Source: a virus (taxonomy: Duplodnaviria; Heunggongvirae; Uroviricota; Caudoviricetes; Ackermannviridae). Taken from it: a stretch of DNA of 60,851 nucleotides. This document shows positions 19,785 to 29,081 of this stretch, in pieces. Position 1 is the stretch's first letter. The number at the start of each line of letters is the position of its first letter. Location: positions 95,280 through 156,130 of the IMG/VR virus record IMGVR_UViG_2974515140_000001. One strand, given 5' to 3'. The translations under genes and the position numbers were made by a program. The notes under the pieces are model-generated. The model saw only the letters and a list, made by a program, of their open reading frames with translations. It was not told the origin of the DNA and made no database searches.

Positions 19785-20405
19785 ATGGCTATGTATTTGC
19801 AGGGGAAGTATGTTCCCGTAAATCCCAAGAAATATAAAGGCGACGTGAACAAAATAGTATTCCGTTCTTCTTTAGAACTGGTCGCCTTTAAATTTTGTGA
19901 TATGAATCCCGCCATCATTTTTTGGGAAAACGAAGAAACTGTAATCCCTTACATATCTCCGGTTGATGGTCGCGCCCATCGTTATTTCATGGATTTGAAG
20001 GTTTGGACTCGTCGACAGGATTCCGATGAATTACAAATTACTCTTATTGAAATAAAACCTAAAGACCAGATTAAAGAACCTCGCAAAACTAAAACGATGA
20101 AGGAATCAACATTCAATAATTCGATGCGTACATGGCTGGTGAACCAAGCGAAGTGGACCGCCACCAAAGAGCATTGTGCTAAAGTTGGTTGGAAATTCAT
20201 TATTTGGACGGAAGAGCATTTGGTACCAGGAGAAGATCCTGAAGTTAAAAAACAGTTTGCACTACGTTCTAAGAAAAAGCGCGAGGTCGAAATGGAAGAT
20301 CGACGCCGCGCTCAAAGAATTAATGCGTTGAAAGAGCAGATGAAAAAGGAAACTTCGAACAAACAAACGACAAAACCTGAAGATGACGGTTTGTTGTTAC
20401 CCTGA
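19785..20405 (+). CDS. gp4: Head completion nuclease (T4 gp4-like)
   Basis: GKYVPVNPKKYKGD..IVFRSSLE, IPYISPVDG..HRYFMD, LIEIKP, NQAKW. Confidence 0.92.
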   Translation: MAMYLQGKYVPVNPKKYKGDVNKIVFRSSLELVAFKFCDMNPAIIFWENEETVIPYISPVDGRAHRYFMDLKVWTRRQDSDELQITLIEIKPKDQIKEPRKTKTMKESTFNNSMRTWLVNQAKWTATKEHCAKVGWKFIIWTEEHLVPGEDPEVKKQFALRSKKKREVEMEDRRRAQRINALKEQMKKETSNKQTTKPEDDGLLLP

Positions 20406-20615
20406 TTTCCTTGGATGTCCAGGGGCAAAACAAGTTTGTTTGTCCCTGCATATCACCCATCCTTCCGAACGGGCTTGTCTAGCACAATCAGCCCAAGTTT
20501 CACCAGCATAAGTTTTCATCCCGCATCTGGGGTGGTGCTCTTGCCATGCCCAATCACAAGATTTGCATTCCACGCATTCACAATACAAATCTAACGTGTA
20601 TCCTGCGGTAATCAT
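20397..20615 (-). CDS. Small Cys-rich protein
   Basis: LDLYCECVEC ... C..QAR..GW ... CFAP; convergent with gp4. Confidence 0.7.
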   Translation of the reverse strand: MITAGYTLDLYCECVECKSCDWAWQEHHPRCGMKTYAGETWADCARQARSEGWVICRDKQTCFAPGHPRKSG

Positions 20616-21023
20616 TTAATCTGCCAGGCGTTCGTAAATTTTTTGACGGAACTCATTCCCTTTTGCACAACCTGTTGCCAGCAAACGAGTACCGCCTGTC
20701 CCGATAACGCTGATCGTTGAAAATCTGAAAATACGACCTGTGATGGACTGATCCACTTTGATGGTCTCAACTTTGCCCAGGCGAAGTTCATCAGCATCAC
20801 GACGGATAAATCCTCGTTTTACGATAACCCGTTTGTTGGTGACTGCGAATTCCGTGGTCATCACATTCAAGATAGTTGGGATCAGGAATAACAAACTGAA
20901 ACCAAATGTTGGAATAATTGTTAAAGCGACGAGAACATAAATCCAGAAGCCGCTCCACCAAGTAGGACGGGTAAAGGCAACCACATGTTCATTTTCGCCC
21001 AGCATACGATCGACGTAACGCAT
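20616..21023 (-). CDS. Membrane protein with a bacterial PH domain (bPH_2/YdbS-like)
   Basis: Two TM helices, then TTEFAVTNKRVIVKRGFIRR...L.KVETIKVDQSITGRIF.FSTI. Confidence 0.75.
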   Translation of the reverse strand: MRYVDRMLGENEHVVAFTRPTWWSGFWIYVLVALTIIPTFGFSLLFLIPTILNVMTTEFAVTNKRVIVKRGFIRRDADELRLGKVETIKVDQSITGRIFRFSTISVIGTGGTRLLATGCAKGNEFRQKIYERLAD

Positions 21024-21024
21024 T

Positions 21025-21546
21025 TTAATTCCTTACTTTGTCAGGGTTAGATAAGATTTGTTCGTATCCGACTTCTCCTTGATAGTCGAAAACGTGCTGG
21101 AGAATCGCCATATCGTCCACCATCCGATAAACTTCAATTCCAGCGTTCATCAATTTTTTGATTCCATCCATAATACGATATGGCTCACGATAATATACTT
21201 TATCGATTTTACCGCTATCTATTATCTTTTGAGTGCAATTAGGGCAAGGACTATGTGTCACAAACATAACCAACCCTGTGAAATCATCTGCATTTTCGGG
21301 GATACGCATTAGAGCATTTTCCTCCGCATGAACGACACACGGGTTTGTAACAATTTGCCCGTGTTGTTCCATCTCACAAACATTCGGCATGCCAGGAGGC
21401 GTTCCGTTCCACCCGATAGCCACAGGCTGATCAGTTTCAGGGTTTACGATAACACAACCGACTTGCAGACGCCGAGCATAACTGGTTACACCATATGCCG
21501 CAGCTGATCGCATATGAGCAAACATCATACGTGGTTTGATAGCCAT
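21025..21546 (-). CDS. cd: dCMP deaminase
   Basis: QVGCVIV, IGWNGTPPG, VHAEENAL, THSPCPNC. Confidence 0.93.
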   Translation of the reverse strand: MAIKPRMMFAHMRSAAAYGVTSYARRLQVGCVIVNPETDQPVAIGWNGTPPGMPNVCEMEQHGQIVTNPCVVHAEENALMRIPENADDFTGLVMFVTHSPCPNCTQKIIDSGKIDKVYYREPYRIMDGIKKLMNAGIEVYRMVDDMAILQHVFDYQGEVGYEQILSNPDKVRN

Positions 21547-21863
21547 TATTTTATCAGAGCCTTTTCAAGTAAAAAGATCATGTCATCCTGGTCGGCGCGG
21601 CCAAAGATCTGACCGAGGGACACCATGGAATGAACCTCTTTGACAATCAGGTCTTTGCCTGTTACACCGCTGTTGTCCAATTCGAGAATTGTAGACATGC
21701 GCTCAACCATATGAGGTGGATGATTGATATAACGTTGAAGATACTTTTCACGCAACGCAATTTTTTCGATAAGATCTGACATTTCTGCATTCTCTTCTGA
21801 ATACAGACGTTCTTTAGATTTCAGTTCTTCGAGGCGTTCGTACATTTCTTTTAATGAAATCAT
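21546..21863 (-). CDS. Hypothetical protein
   Basis: Start reassigned to MISLKE after the GGAG RBS; coiled-coil-like. Confidence 0.7.
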   Translation of the reverse strand: MISLKEMYERLEELKSKERLYSEENAEMSDLIEKIALREKYLQRYINHPPHMVERMSTILELDNSGVTGKDLIVKEVHSMVSLGQIFGRADQDDMIFLLEKALIK

Positions 21864-21885
21864 GTTTATCTCTCCCAATAAATTA

Positions 21886-21915
21886 AGGGGAAGTATACCT
21901 TCCCCTTTCTTCAAT
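21886..21915 (-). promoter_or_regulatory. ATTGAA-N12-TATACT promoter inside a 9-bp hairpin
   Basis: AAGGGGAAG-GTATA-CTTCCCCTT. Confidence 0.6.
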
Positions 21916-21926
21916 AACCTAAAATA

Positions 21927-22277
21927 TTATTCAGTGCACGCTTTACCGAGGTCTGTAAGTCTATAGAATGTTACTTCAGACTTCGGCCAATGTTTATATT
22001 CTTCAGAGTTGTCATGAACCATTGTAAACGCAGGTTCGATCAGACCTTTAGATAATAATGATTGCCCTGAACGTGTATCCCACGGATCACCTTTTACAGA
22101 ACGAAACCCACCAGCAATCGGAGGGGTATGGAATGTCCATACTGTCTTGCCCTTTTCATTCGTCCAAGACTTCGGATTGAAATACCAATGACAAAGGCGT
22201 CTGGCTTCACCCTTTTCAAAATTTAACATTCCTAAAAGGACGCAGAGTTGATGTCCTGTGATTCTTGGCTTTTTCAT
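21927..22277 (-). CDS. Hypothetical protein (possible winged-helix C-terminus)
   Basis: SLLSKGLIE ... FYRLTDLGK pattern. Confidence 0.65.
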   Translation of the reverse strand: MKKPRITGHQLCVLLGMLNFEKGEARRLCHWYFNPKSWTNEKGKTVWTFHTPPIAGGFRSVKGDPWDTRSGQSLLSKGLIEPAFTMVHDNSEEYKHWPKSEVTFYRLTDLGKACTE

Positions 22278-22606
22278 AAGATCCCCAAGTTAGTAAGGTA
22301 ACGATAAAACAAGATTATAGACAGAAATCCAATTAACGCCCAAGACGACAGGATAGGCTTGCAATTTAGCGTAGTCTTTCCATTGGGTATGTTGGGACTT
22401 CCGGTAATAACGACGGAGTCTGTTTTGGCTCTCAGCGTCATGACAGAACCCATGAGGATGATTGGGCGCACATAATGCCCTTCATGATTGCGCTTCACGA
22501 TACATGGTGAAGAAAATCGCAGGAACGGATCACCGCTTTTATAACCAAATAACTCGACCTTTTCAATTTCTTCGGGTACTTTCTGACCAGGAAAGAATAT
22601 TTTCAT
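22274..22606 (-). CDS. Hypothetical protein with a C-terminal TM segment
   Basis: ATGA-coupled; hydrophobic C-terminus. Confidence 0.65.
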   Translation of the reverse strand: MKIFFPGQKVPEEIEKVELFGYKSGDPFLRFSSPCIVKRNHEGHYVRPIILMGSVMTLRAKTDSVVITGSPNIPNGKTTLNCKPILSSWALIGFLSIILFYRYLTNLGIL

Positions 22607-23181
22607 AATACAATTCCTAAATTTGTGTATAACAACTCAGCCAGGGTTACAGGACGCTTGAATTGTTCCCAACTGCAGTTCAGGTATTCGCGCTCTTCGC
22701 GAATATTTTCGTGAAGATGACCATGGATATTATACGCCCAACGGTCTAATTGATAAGGAACATGTGTTGTCAACACACGGCCAACAGGCGTGTCACGTTC
22801 ATACATAGCGCCGAAGGAGCTAATCCAGCCGTCCAGATACAGAGACAACAACATCTTAAAGCTGTCATGGTTGCCTTGTACCACCCTGATGATAAAGTTC
22901 GGACGCCAGTCATCGGGAACGGGGCGTCGCTTAAACTCATCAAGGTTTCGCTTGGCACCCTCCCGCATCAGGCGAATGAACCCTTCAGCCCCGATGAAGC
23001 AGATGTCGCCTGCAAGTTCCAACACATCCCGAGACTTCAGCCCCTGGAAGATCGTGTCGATAACCGCAGCGTCATGCGCTTCCTGTGTATCAAATCCACG
23101 CGGTTTAAAGACCTTCTTATGCCCAAGGTGAGTGTCACCAAGGTACTTTACGATTCCCGCCATTATGGTTTCCTCAGCCAT
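22603..23181 (-). CDS. Calcineurin-like metallophosphoesterase
   Basis: GDTHLGH, AGDI, GNHD, THVP, HGHLH. Confidence 0.88.
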   Translation of the reverse strand: MAEETIMAGIVKYLGDTHLGHKKVFKPRGFDTQEAHDAAVIDTIFQGLKSRDVLELAGDICFIGAEGFIRLMREGAKRNLDEFKRRPVPDDWRPNFIIRVVQGNHDSFKMLLSLYLDGWISSFGAMYERDTPVGRVLTTHVPYQLDRWAYNIHGHLHENIREEREYLNCSWEQFKRPVTLAELLYTNLGIVL

Positions 23182-23504
23182 TCTAAAATTGGTACGTTCA
23201 CAAACCCTTTGTGCCAGCGGTGAGGTTTATGGCCTCTGTTGTGATCCAGTAAGCACGTATCAGGAGGAACACTGAAGTGAATGCCTTCAATGTCATAATA
23301 ATTCCCATCAATCAGGGTGTATACATGACCTTCAATATGGCTGTAATGGATCTCTGCTTGGGGATACACATGCTTCAGAACCAGAGCAACCTGATAGCAC
23401 TTTCCGTTCTTCCCGATATACTCGACATCGACCTGTTGTGGGAACACGTCTTTGATAAGATTTATCAATCTCGTGATATCATTTACAACAACCGAACGTT
23501 TCAT
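23163..23504 (-). CDS. Hypothetical protein with a possible papain/transglutaminase-like Cys-His-Asp triad
   Basis: GKCYQVA ... GHVY ... YYDIEG. Confidence 0.55.
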   Translation of the reverse strand: MKRSVVVNDITRLINLIKDVFPQQVDVEYIGKNGKCYQVALVLKHVYPQAEIHYSHIEGHVYTLIDGNYYDIEGIHFSVPPDTCLLDHNRGHKPHRWHKGFVNVPILEWLRKP

Positions 23505-23506
23505 CT

Positions 23507-24169
23507 CTATGATAACTCATGGCGGTGTCGAACACACGCAGGGCAATTACAATTCTTTTTCAAAATTGGCATTTCACACCATGTCATTAAGTCATGTATT
23601 GGGGACATGTGATGATAGAACCAAGATTTCTTGAGACTAATCAATGGATATAAAATTTCAATAGGTCTTTCCCCGTCTCTGGTCATCATGTTGTACCCTT
23701 CAATGACTTTATTAAAGGCGGGTATCCAGTGTATTGCGTCATCGCCGTTAACATATGCCAATATATACGTGGACGGCAAGCCCCTGCCTTTAAATTGCGT
23801 GTTTAATAACCATATCGGGGCTTGTGCTAAACAAGCGCGAAAACCACCGTCAGGGACGTTGATGCTACTGATAGGTTCTTGATGATGTGTCCAACGATAC
23901 ATAAGAAGTGGGGCATTTTTATTAATCCAGTTGTGTATTTTATTCCTCGCCCAATTTTCGCGTTTAGATTTGCATTTATTATTTTCGAGGTGGCAATACA
24001 CAGTATGGACTGAATATCCTTTCGATAACAACCAAACCAACATGTATGTGCTATCCACCCCACCAGACCAGAACAACGTCACTTCTTGATTATTCTCCGG
24101 CAATGGAGCATCCCCTTGAAGAACACGGTATACAAAATCACAATCAGATATTGAGACAACAATTTCCAT
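23507..24169 (-). CDS. QueC-like PP-loop ATP pyrophosphatase
   Basis: LFWSGGVDST PP-loop; C-terminal TWC..P....CNCPAC zinc site. Confidence 0.7.
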   Translation of the reverse strand: MEIVVSISDCDFVYRVLQGDAPLPENNQEVTLFWSGGVDSTYMLVWLLSKGYSVHTVYCHLENNKCKSKRENWARNKIHNWINKNAPLLMYRWTHHQEPISSINVPDGGFRACLAQAPIWLLNTQFKGRGLPSTYILAYVNGDDAIHWIPAFNKVIEGYNMMTRDGERPIEILYPLISLKKSWFYHHMSPIHDLMTWCEMPILKKNCNCPACVRHRHELS

Positions 24170-24249
24170 TAAAATATTCCTCTTAAAGAATCATTTGTTG
24201 TGCGCCATAAAGATATGATGGTGCAATGATAATACATTATACAAATAGA

Positions 24250-24267
24250 AAGCCCCTTTCGGGGCTT
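24250..24267 (-). terminator. Intrinsic terminator, followed by TATAAT (24236-24241)
   Basis: AAGCCCC-GAAA-GGGGCTT plus T-rich tail on the minus strand. Confidence 0.7.
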
Positions 24268-24556
24268 ATTTGTCTTCAGATTCATACAAACGCCAATTGC
24301 CGATGCTAAACCATTCCCCTACATTATTTGAATATCTGGTTGTTCGGACTCCTCCGACTTCATACGCCCATTTGAAGAATTTCCATTTGGACGATAAAGA
24401 AGGACATTCGCTTCCGGATTTCAGAGAACACGCTGTGAGCCAACGCGTAATACTGAGAGCCTGAAAAATCGGATGGATAAATGAAGAATACAATATCCAA
24501 AGCGTTATGACAACAAAAATAATGGTCGTGATCACCCCGACAATTTGAAAGAACAT
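24266..24556 (-). CDS. Hypothetical membrane protein
   Basis: N-terminal TM helix; GGAGG RBS. Confidence 0.7.
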   Translation of the reverse strand: MFFQIVGVITTIIFVVITLWILYSSFIHPIFQALSITRWLTACSLKSGSECPSLSSKWKFFKWAYEVGGVRTTRYSNNVGEWFSIGNWRLYESEDK

Positions 24557-24637
24557 TTAAGAACCTCCAAAATATTGAACACTGACTATGAAGAAAACCA
24601 TGATTGTAAACAACCATGAAAACAAGGAAAGATTCAT
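24557..24637 (-). CDS. 26-aa hydrophobic peptide (not in ORF track)
   Basis: MNLSLFSWLFTIMVFFIVSVQYFGGS; ATGA overlap upstream, TAA-ATG abutting downstream. Confidence 0.55.
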   Translation of the reverse strand: MNLSLFSWLFTIMVFFIVSVQYFGGS

Positions 24638-25266
24638 CCTTCCACCTTCAGTCCCATCAGGTCTTCCATGGTTTTCTGAATGCGTAGCCAATCAAGCGCC
24701 GCATCATAACGAGGATCATGATAGACCATACCTTCCAGTTCCCACGCCTTGATACCAGCATATCGATCCTGCTGCCCAACACCCTTCAGCCAGCTTACGA
24801 TGTCAAATGTGTGGTGATAGTCCCAAGGTTCGTTGGAATCTTGCTTACACGTCACCTCAATGATATGCTGAGCCTTGCGTAGGTCAAACAGATTCCTATC
24901 ACACCAGTCAACCGAGCGCGGGTCGATCCCAAGGCGATGGCATCCCTTGCGAATTTCATCGGCCAATTCGAAAATAGAAATATCCTTGTCGGTCGGATAT
25001 AGACTGATAGCTCGGGCGGCGTCGCACGGGTTGCGTTTACCTGTACCCAGCCACCATTCCACAGTACCCTGGTCTTTCACACGGCCAAGTTCAATCTGTT
25101 CTTTGACATTCAGTTTGATAAATGTCGTGCGTTCTTCAACAAGCTGCTGAAGAGTATAACGCTTTGTCAGGTCGGCGATAGTCTGTGCCCAAGACAACAT
25201 GACAGCATCATCCCAACGACCGAGAGTTTCGCTATCAGCGACGGCCAAGAAATTAGATTTATACAT
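24634..25266 (-). CDS. DEDDh 3'-5' exonuclease (T4 DexA-like)
   Basis: ADSETLG (ExoI), NLFDL (ExoII), HDPRYDAALD (ExoIII). Confidence 0.75.
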   Translation of the reverse strand: MYKSNFLAVADSETLGRWDDAVMLSWAQTIADLTKRYTLQQLVEERTTFIKLNVKEQIELGRVKDQGTVEWWLGTGKRNPCDAARAISLYPTDKDISIFELADEIRKGCHRLGIDPRSVDWCDRNLFDLRKAQHIIEVTCKQDSNEPWDYHHTFDIVSWLKGVGQQDRYAGIKAWELEGMVYHDPRYDAALDWLRIQKTMEDLMGLKVEG

Positions 25267-25603
25267 CAGTTTCCCCTGCTTTCTCTAAAAGGAGTTTCAA
25301 AGGATATGTCCCACAAGCGGTGGCATACTCGACTTTGAAATATGAATTATCGTTCATGGCGAAATTTCGATGTGGGAAATATTCCCCGTCATCCAACCCG
25401 CCTAATCCCCCGCCGACGCGATATTGTTTCAACTCAACTTCGCCGCCATAACGGAGTTGGGCATATAGGCCGATAGGAGCGCGAACGTAATGCTCCAGCC
25501 ATACCCAATTTCCGTCGTGTAAACGTGTAGGGATAAATGCAAAACGCACCTTGGGATGAAGAACGGCTTTGGCGAGCATCTCTTCTGTTATTTCACGCTT
25601 CAT
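25259..25603 (-). CDS. Hypothetical protein
   Basis: 114 aa; FAFIPTRLHDGNWVWLEHY motif common in small phage proteins. Confidence 0.7.
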   Translation of the reverse strand: MKREITEEMLAKAVLHPKVRFAFIPTRLHDGNWVWLEHYVRAPIGLYAQLRYGGEVELKQYRVGGGLGGLDDGEYFPHRNFAMNDNSYFKVEYATACGTYPLKLLLEKAGETDV

Positions 25604-26200
25604 CCAATACCTTCCTCTTCGATGATATCTTCTTCACTAGAGACGACAGAGATTCCGTAGTCTACCATCTGGGAAAGTTCTTGTAAATCTTGTTCAAACC
25701 CGTCACCCTGTCGGATATAAAAGACGGGTACGACACGACGCCTGGTATCTTCGAAGATAGTCTCCGCGATTTTATTAATCTGGCTCACTACATGAAACAG
25801 TTTCAATCCACCGATGCCACAGCCGATGGCGGGTAAACCGACATAGACTGTTTCGTCGGTTTTTGCCTCAATGATATCGTGAACTTGTTCAAACATAATC
25901 TGAACTGATAATGGAAGGCATGCGTGCGTTAGGACCAGGGTAGAACTGAGTATACAAATTGAATCCCCAGACACCCGTGTCATGATCAAACGCATAGGAC
26001 ATGTTCCCCAAACGTTGTTCCGGACTACGTTCATCTAATTGGTCGGCTCGGTAAATTTCTGGGAAATCCAATCGAACATGGTTGGCGATACCTGCGCTCA
26101 TCACAGACCAACAATTTGCGCCGTGAGCAAAGGCATTGATGAGATTGAAACTCGTAGCGGCTTTCAGTAAATCGCCGTTTGTGATAACATATGTGGTCAT
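25600..26200 (-). pseudogene. Macrodomain (A1pp / T4 Tk.4-like) gene split by a frameshift near 25900
   Basis: The 5' frame has GDL, HGANC, MSAGIA and NLYTQ, then stops at 25889. The 3' frame has LPAIGCGIGG. The two halves make one macrodomain. Confidence 0.8.
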
Positions 26201-26433
26201 GCGTAACGTCTCCATTGTATAATTTCGTTGTTGACACAGCTAACCTGGATGATACACATATTCTGGCGATGGTCAGTGAGTGTCATAATAAAACTGTCTG
26301 GTTGTGACATGACACGATTAACAGATATCCCGCGCGACATCAAACGAACACAGATTTCTTGATACAAACGTTGCATGTATCCTGAAACAGAAGCCGATTC
26401 ATATGCGCGTTCAAATTCGTATAATTCGTTCAT
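26197..26433 (-). CDS. Hypothetical protein
   Basis: 78 aa, coupled at both ends. Confidence 0.7.
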   Translation of the reverse strand: MNELYEFERAYESASVSGYMQRLYQEICVRLMSRGISVNRVMSQPDSFIMTLTDHRQNMCIIQVSCVNNEIIQWRRYA

Positions 26434-26654
26434 TTATTCAGACCATTAATAGCATTTTCAGAGATGTATTCGACGAATTGATTGTCAGCCGCCATTTTTA
26501 AAAGTTCAAACAATTCAGTTCCAACTGTACTCCCGAACATTCCTTCTAATACGCCTTGGACATCTTCATCTATTTCTTCGATGTTGAGTCCATAAGATTT
26601 CAGGCGTCGCGAAATAGCACGGAACTGGGCAATATCACCAATTTCATTTGCCAT
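26430..26654 (-). CDS. Hypothetical protein
   Basis: 74 aa, acidic, behind a promoter. Confidence 0.7.
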   Translation of the reverse strand: MANEIGDIAQFRAISRRLKSYGLNIEEIDEDVQGVLEGMFGSTVGTELFELLKMAADNQFVEYISENAINGLNK

Positions 26655-26680
26655 GTTATTTGTCTCATTATGGGGTTAGG

Positions 26681-26708
26681 CGGCAATTATACCGCCAATT
26701 TATTCAAT
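26681..26708 (-). promoter_or_regulatory. ATTGAA-N11-TATAAT promoter with the -10 box in a hairpin loop
   Basis: GGCGG-TATAATTG-CCGCC. Confidence 0.6.
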
Positions 26709-27117
26709 AGAGGTCTTCGGAAAAGAGTTCTTTGAAAGGAGTGTTCTTCAAACGGACCTGATTAGTTTGTCCGGCTTCACGGGCGACCACAGCGGCCTCT
26801 TCACGGGACATCCATTGCCCATAGTTATCAATAAACCCTTGTTCACGAGTGTGGGTGGTTTCGATAATACCTGCTTCTTTCAATCGTTTGAGTTGCGCGT
26901 TCATCAATTTGTCGTGATGTCGAGCGCTTACAACGATCACATCACCATATTTGTTGGCAGCAGCCACAACACGCCGATCAAACTTGGTTGGGTCAGGTAT
27001 ATCACGAGCATACAAGGCGATGTGAGTGTCGTCCACGTCCCCTTTCACTTCAGAGTATAACTGGCACCCATTAGGAGATCCAGTAGGTAAAGAACGAAAA
27101 TATCCAAGTAATTTCAT
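26704..27117 (-). CDS. Conserved hypothetical phage protein
   Basis: VVAAAN...SARH.D...EQGFIDNYGQWMSREEA...ELFSEDLY motif. Confidence 0.75.
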   Translation of the reverse strand: MKLLGYFRSLPTGSPNGCQLYSEVKGDVDDTHIALYARDIPDPTKFDRRVVAAANKYGDVIVVSARHHDKLMNAQLKRLKEAGIIETTHTREQGFIDNYGQWMSREEAAVVAREAGQTNQVRLKNTPFKELFSEDLY

Positions 27118-27120
27118 AAT

Positions 27121-27432
27121 CTAATCTATCCATATTTCAGGTTCAGGAATATCGACCATCTCCACGGTTTGATTCTTTAATTCGTGGAAACAATCTCCGA
27201 GGAATTGTAATTTACCATCTGTCAAAAATAAATGGCAACGGTTATTTGGATCAGAATGATTCACCAACAGACTAGGAGTGAAAGTCGGTGATTCGAGATC
27301 GTGATTCCATTGCCATATTGGGCCAGGCATTTGCCCTGAAATGCGATAAGGATGAAGCATATTACATCCAGGACAATGAAAATATATGGAACCACCCATT
27401 GATAATAATTTTGGAGTCAATAATTTTGACAT
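27121..27432 (-). CDS. DUF6527-like zinc-binding protein
   Basis: FHCPGC..LH, WQWN.DLESPTFTPSLLV, RCH.FL.DG..QFLGDC.H; start reassigned to MSKLL. Confidence 0.7.
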   Translation of the reverse strand: MSKLLTPKLLSMGGSIYFHCPGCNMLHPYRISGQMPGPIWQWNHDLESPTFTPSLLVNHSDPNNRCHLFLTDGKLQFLGDCFHELKNQTVEMVDIPEPEIWID

Positions 27433-27433
27433 A

Positions 27434-27712
27434 TCACGCCTCCACTTCTTCATCAGGATTGTATGGGTGTAATTCTCCAATTAACTTAGGGAATAATGCG
27501 AATCCAAATAAATTAAATGAACGCATGGTGCCAACCATACCCACTTCATCCGATTCGGTTACATCAGAAAGAGCGCAAAGAGGTATCCATAAATCTTGCT
27601 GACCTTCATGATTGACAAAAGCAACTTCCTCTTTAATAAAACGAGGGCATAAGATATCGAACAACCAATAGAAGAAAGCCAGCAATGAGAGACTGCGGAA
27701 ATATACAAACAT
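27434..27712 (-). CDS. Hypothetical protein with an N-terminal TM segment
   Basis: 92 aa. Confidence 0.65.
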   Translation of the reverse strand: MFVYFRSLSLLAFFYWLFDILCPRFIKEEVAFVNHEGQQDLWIPLCALSDVTESDEVGMVGTMRSFNLFGFALFPKLIGELHPYNPDEEVEA

Positions 27713-27755
27713 GGTGAACCCCCCGCTTGTTTGGAGGGAATTTCACCCTCCGGAT

Positions 27756-29081
27756 TTATAGGCCCAATGCCTTTTCAAGATCATCTAAATCTTCAGTATA
27801 AAGATCGATGTCTTGCTTATTATTTAATTCTTCTCGTTGAACTTCTAAATTCTTTATCTGGTTCAACAAACGTTCACGGGCATCTAGTGTAATTGATGAT
27901 AAAGACATCTTGAATAAATCATCGAGATCGCCATCAAAATCAGGATAGTCTGTCTGGAATAACGCTTTCAGTTCCGTGAGGCTCCGGCGCATATCTGTAA
28001 CGACAGCCCACCCAATGAATATGGCACGATTGTTCAAACGGTGTATTTTGTCGGTCAATTCCTTGATAAGATACTGACGTCTATCTTCATAGCGACTCAG
28101 GCGATAATTGAAAAATGGAAGCAACATATCTTTCCAACCATCGTAACGGTGAATAACACCATCTTCATCCCAAGCTGTCCACACGGGCTTATTAGCTGAA
28201 TAGAGACGGAACATCTGTTCAACCTGTTCGTCATTCAACTTAGACAATTCACCCCGCTTGAATACAACAGTGATATCCCAACCATCTTCGGTCGTATCGT
28301 TAGCATATTCAGTGAGTATGCCAGATTTGTACAACGGCAACAACACTTTGGTCTCATAGGTTTTAGAGAACCAGCCGATAGGGACTTCTGTGATGTTCAG
28401 AGTGGTTGCATTGACTCGGGTGAACAAACCACGACTGTATGCTCTTCCTTCCTCAGTATAGCCTGTCTCTCCTTTGAAACCATTCCAGTACGGTTTTAAG
28501 TCTTTCGGGTCTTCGCCACGGAGAAGTGCTCTCAGGGCACTGAGCACGGACTTAACGCAGTGACATGGGGTGTCGGTGGCATAACCCGAGCCGATACCAT
28601 TGATACCATTCACGAGAAACATGGGCAGGATGGGTAAAAAGAATTTCGGCTCCAGTTTCTCTTCCCCAAGATAATTGTATTCCAATATCCCATCGTCCTC
28701 CTTTCGGAAGATCTTACGGATAACTTCAGACACTGCCACTGAAATATAACGAGCGGAAGACGCTTCGCGCCCCATGATTGAACCAAACTGTCCGTCGCGG
28801 TCAAAGTATGGGATGTTATTCGTGCCTGGGAACCCCTGAGCCATATTCACGATCGTACCGCTCATGTTCTCACCACCGGATTTGTAATTCGTACGAGCGG
28901 CGGCGAACATACCAAGGCGGTCTACAATCTCCTCCTTGTTGTACTCAAGAGCAGCGAAGAGGATCTTGCGCTGGCTGGGCTTGAGGCTGTCAATCAGCTG
29001 GGGAATTTGTCGGATGCTATTGACCACAGAGAACTCCTTGTGGTCACCATTTATGAAATCCGTCACGGTAATAGTCGTCAT
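27756..29081 (-). CDS. gp52: DNA topoisomerase II medium subunit (T4 gp52-like)
   Basis: IDSLKPSQRKIL, GQFGS...ASSARYI (catalytic Tyr), NGIGSGYATD. Confidence 0.95.
   Translation of the reverse strand: MTTITVTDFINGDHKEFSVVNSIRQIPQLIDSLKPSQRKILFAALEYNKEEIVDRLGMFAAARTNYKSGGENMSGTIVNMAQGFPGTNNIPYFDRDGQFGSIMGREASSARYISVAVSEVIRKIFRKEDDGILEYNYLGEEKLEPKFFLPILPMFLVNGINGIGSGYATDTPCHCVKSVLSALRALLRGEDPKDLKPYWNGFKGETGYTEEGRAYSRGLFTRVNATTLNITEVPIGWFSKTYETKVLLPLYKSGILTEYANDTTEDGWDITVVFKRGELSKLNDEQVEQMFRLYSANKPVWTAWDEDGVIHRYDGWKDMLLPFFNYRLSRYEDRRQYLIKELTDKIHRLNNRAIFIGWAVVTDMRRSLTELKALFQTDYPDFDGDLDDLFKMSLSSITLDARERLLNQIKNLEVQREELNNKQDIDLYTEDLDDLEKALGL

Noticed and set aside
23507-24169. 7-deazaguanine DNA modification cluster
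   Set aside because: Only the QueC-like gene is present; no folE, queD, queE or dpdA in this window
26031-26237. Third overlapping ORF in the macrodomain region
   Set aside because: Alternative-frame artefact with no macrodomain motifs; the two other frames account for the whole domain
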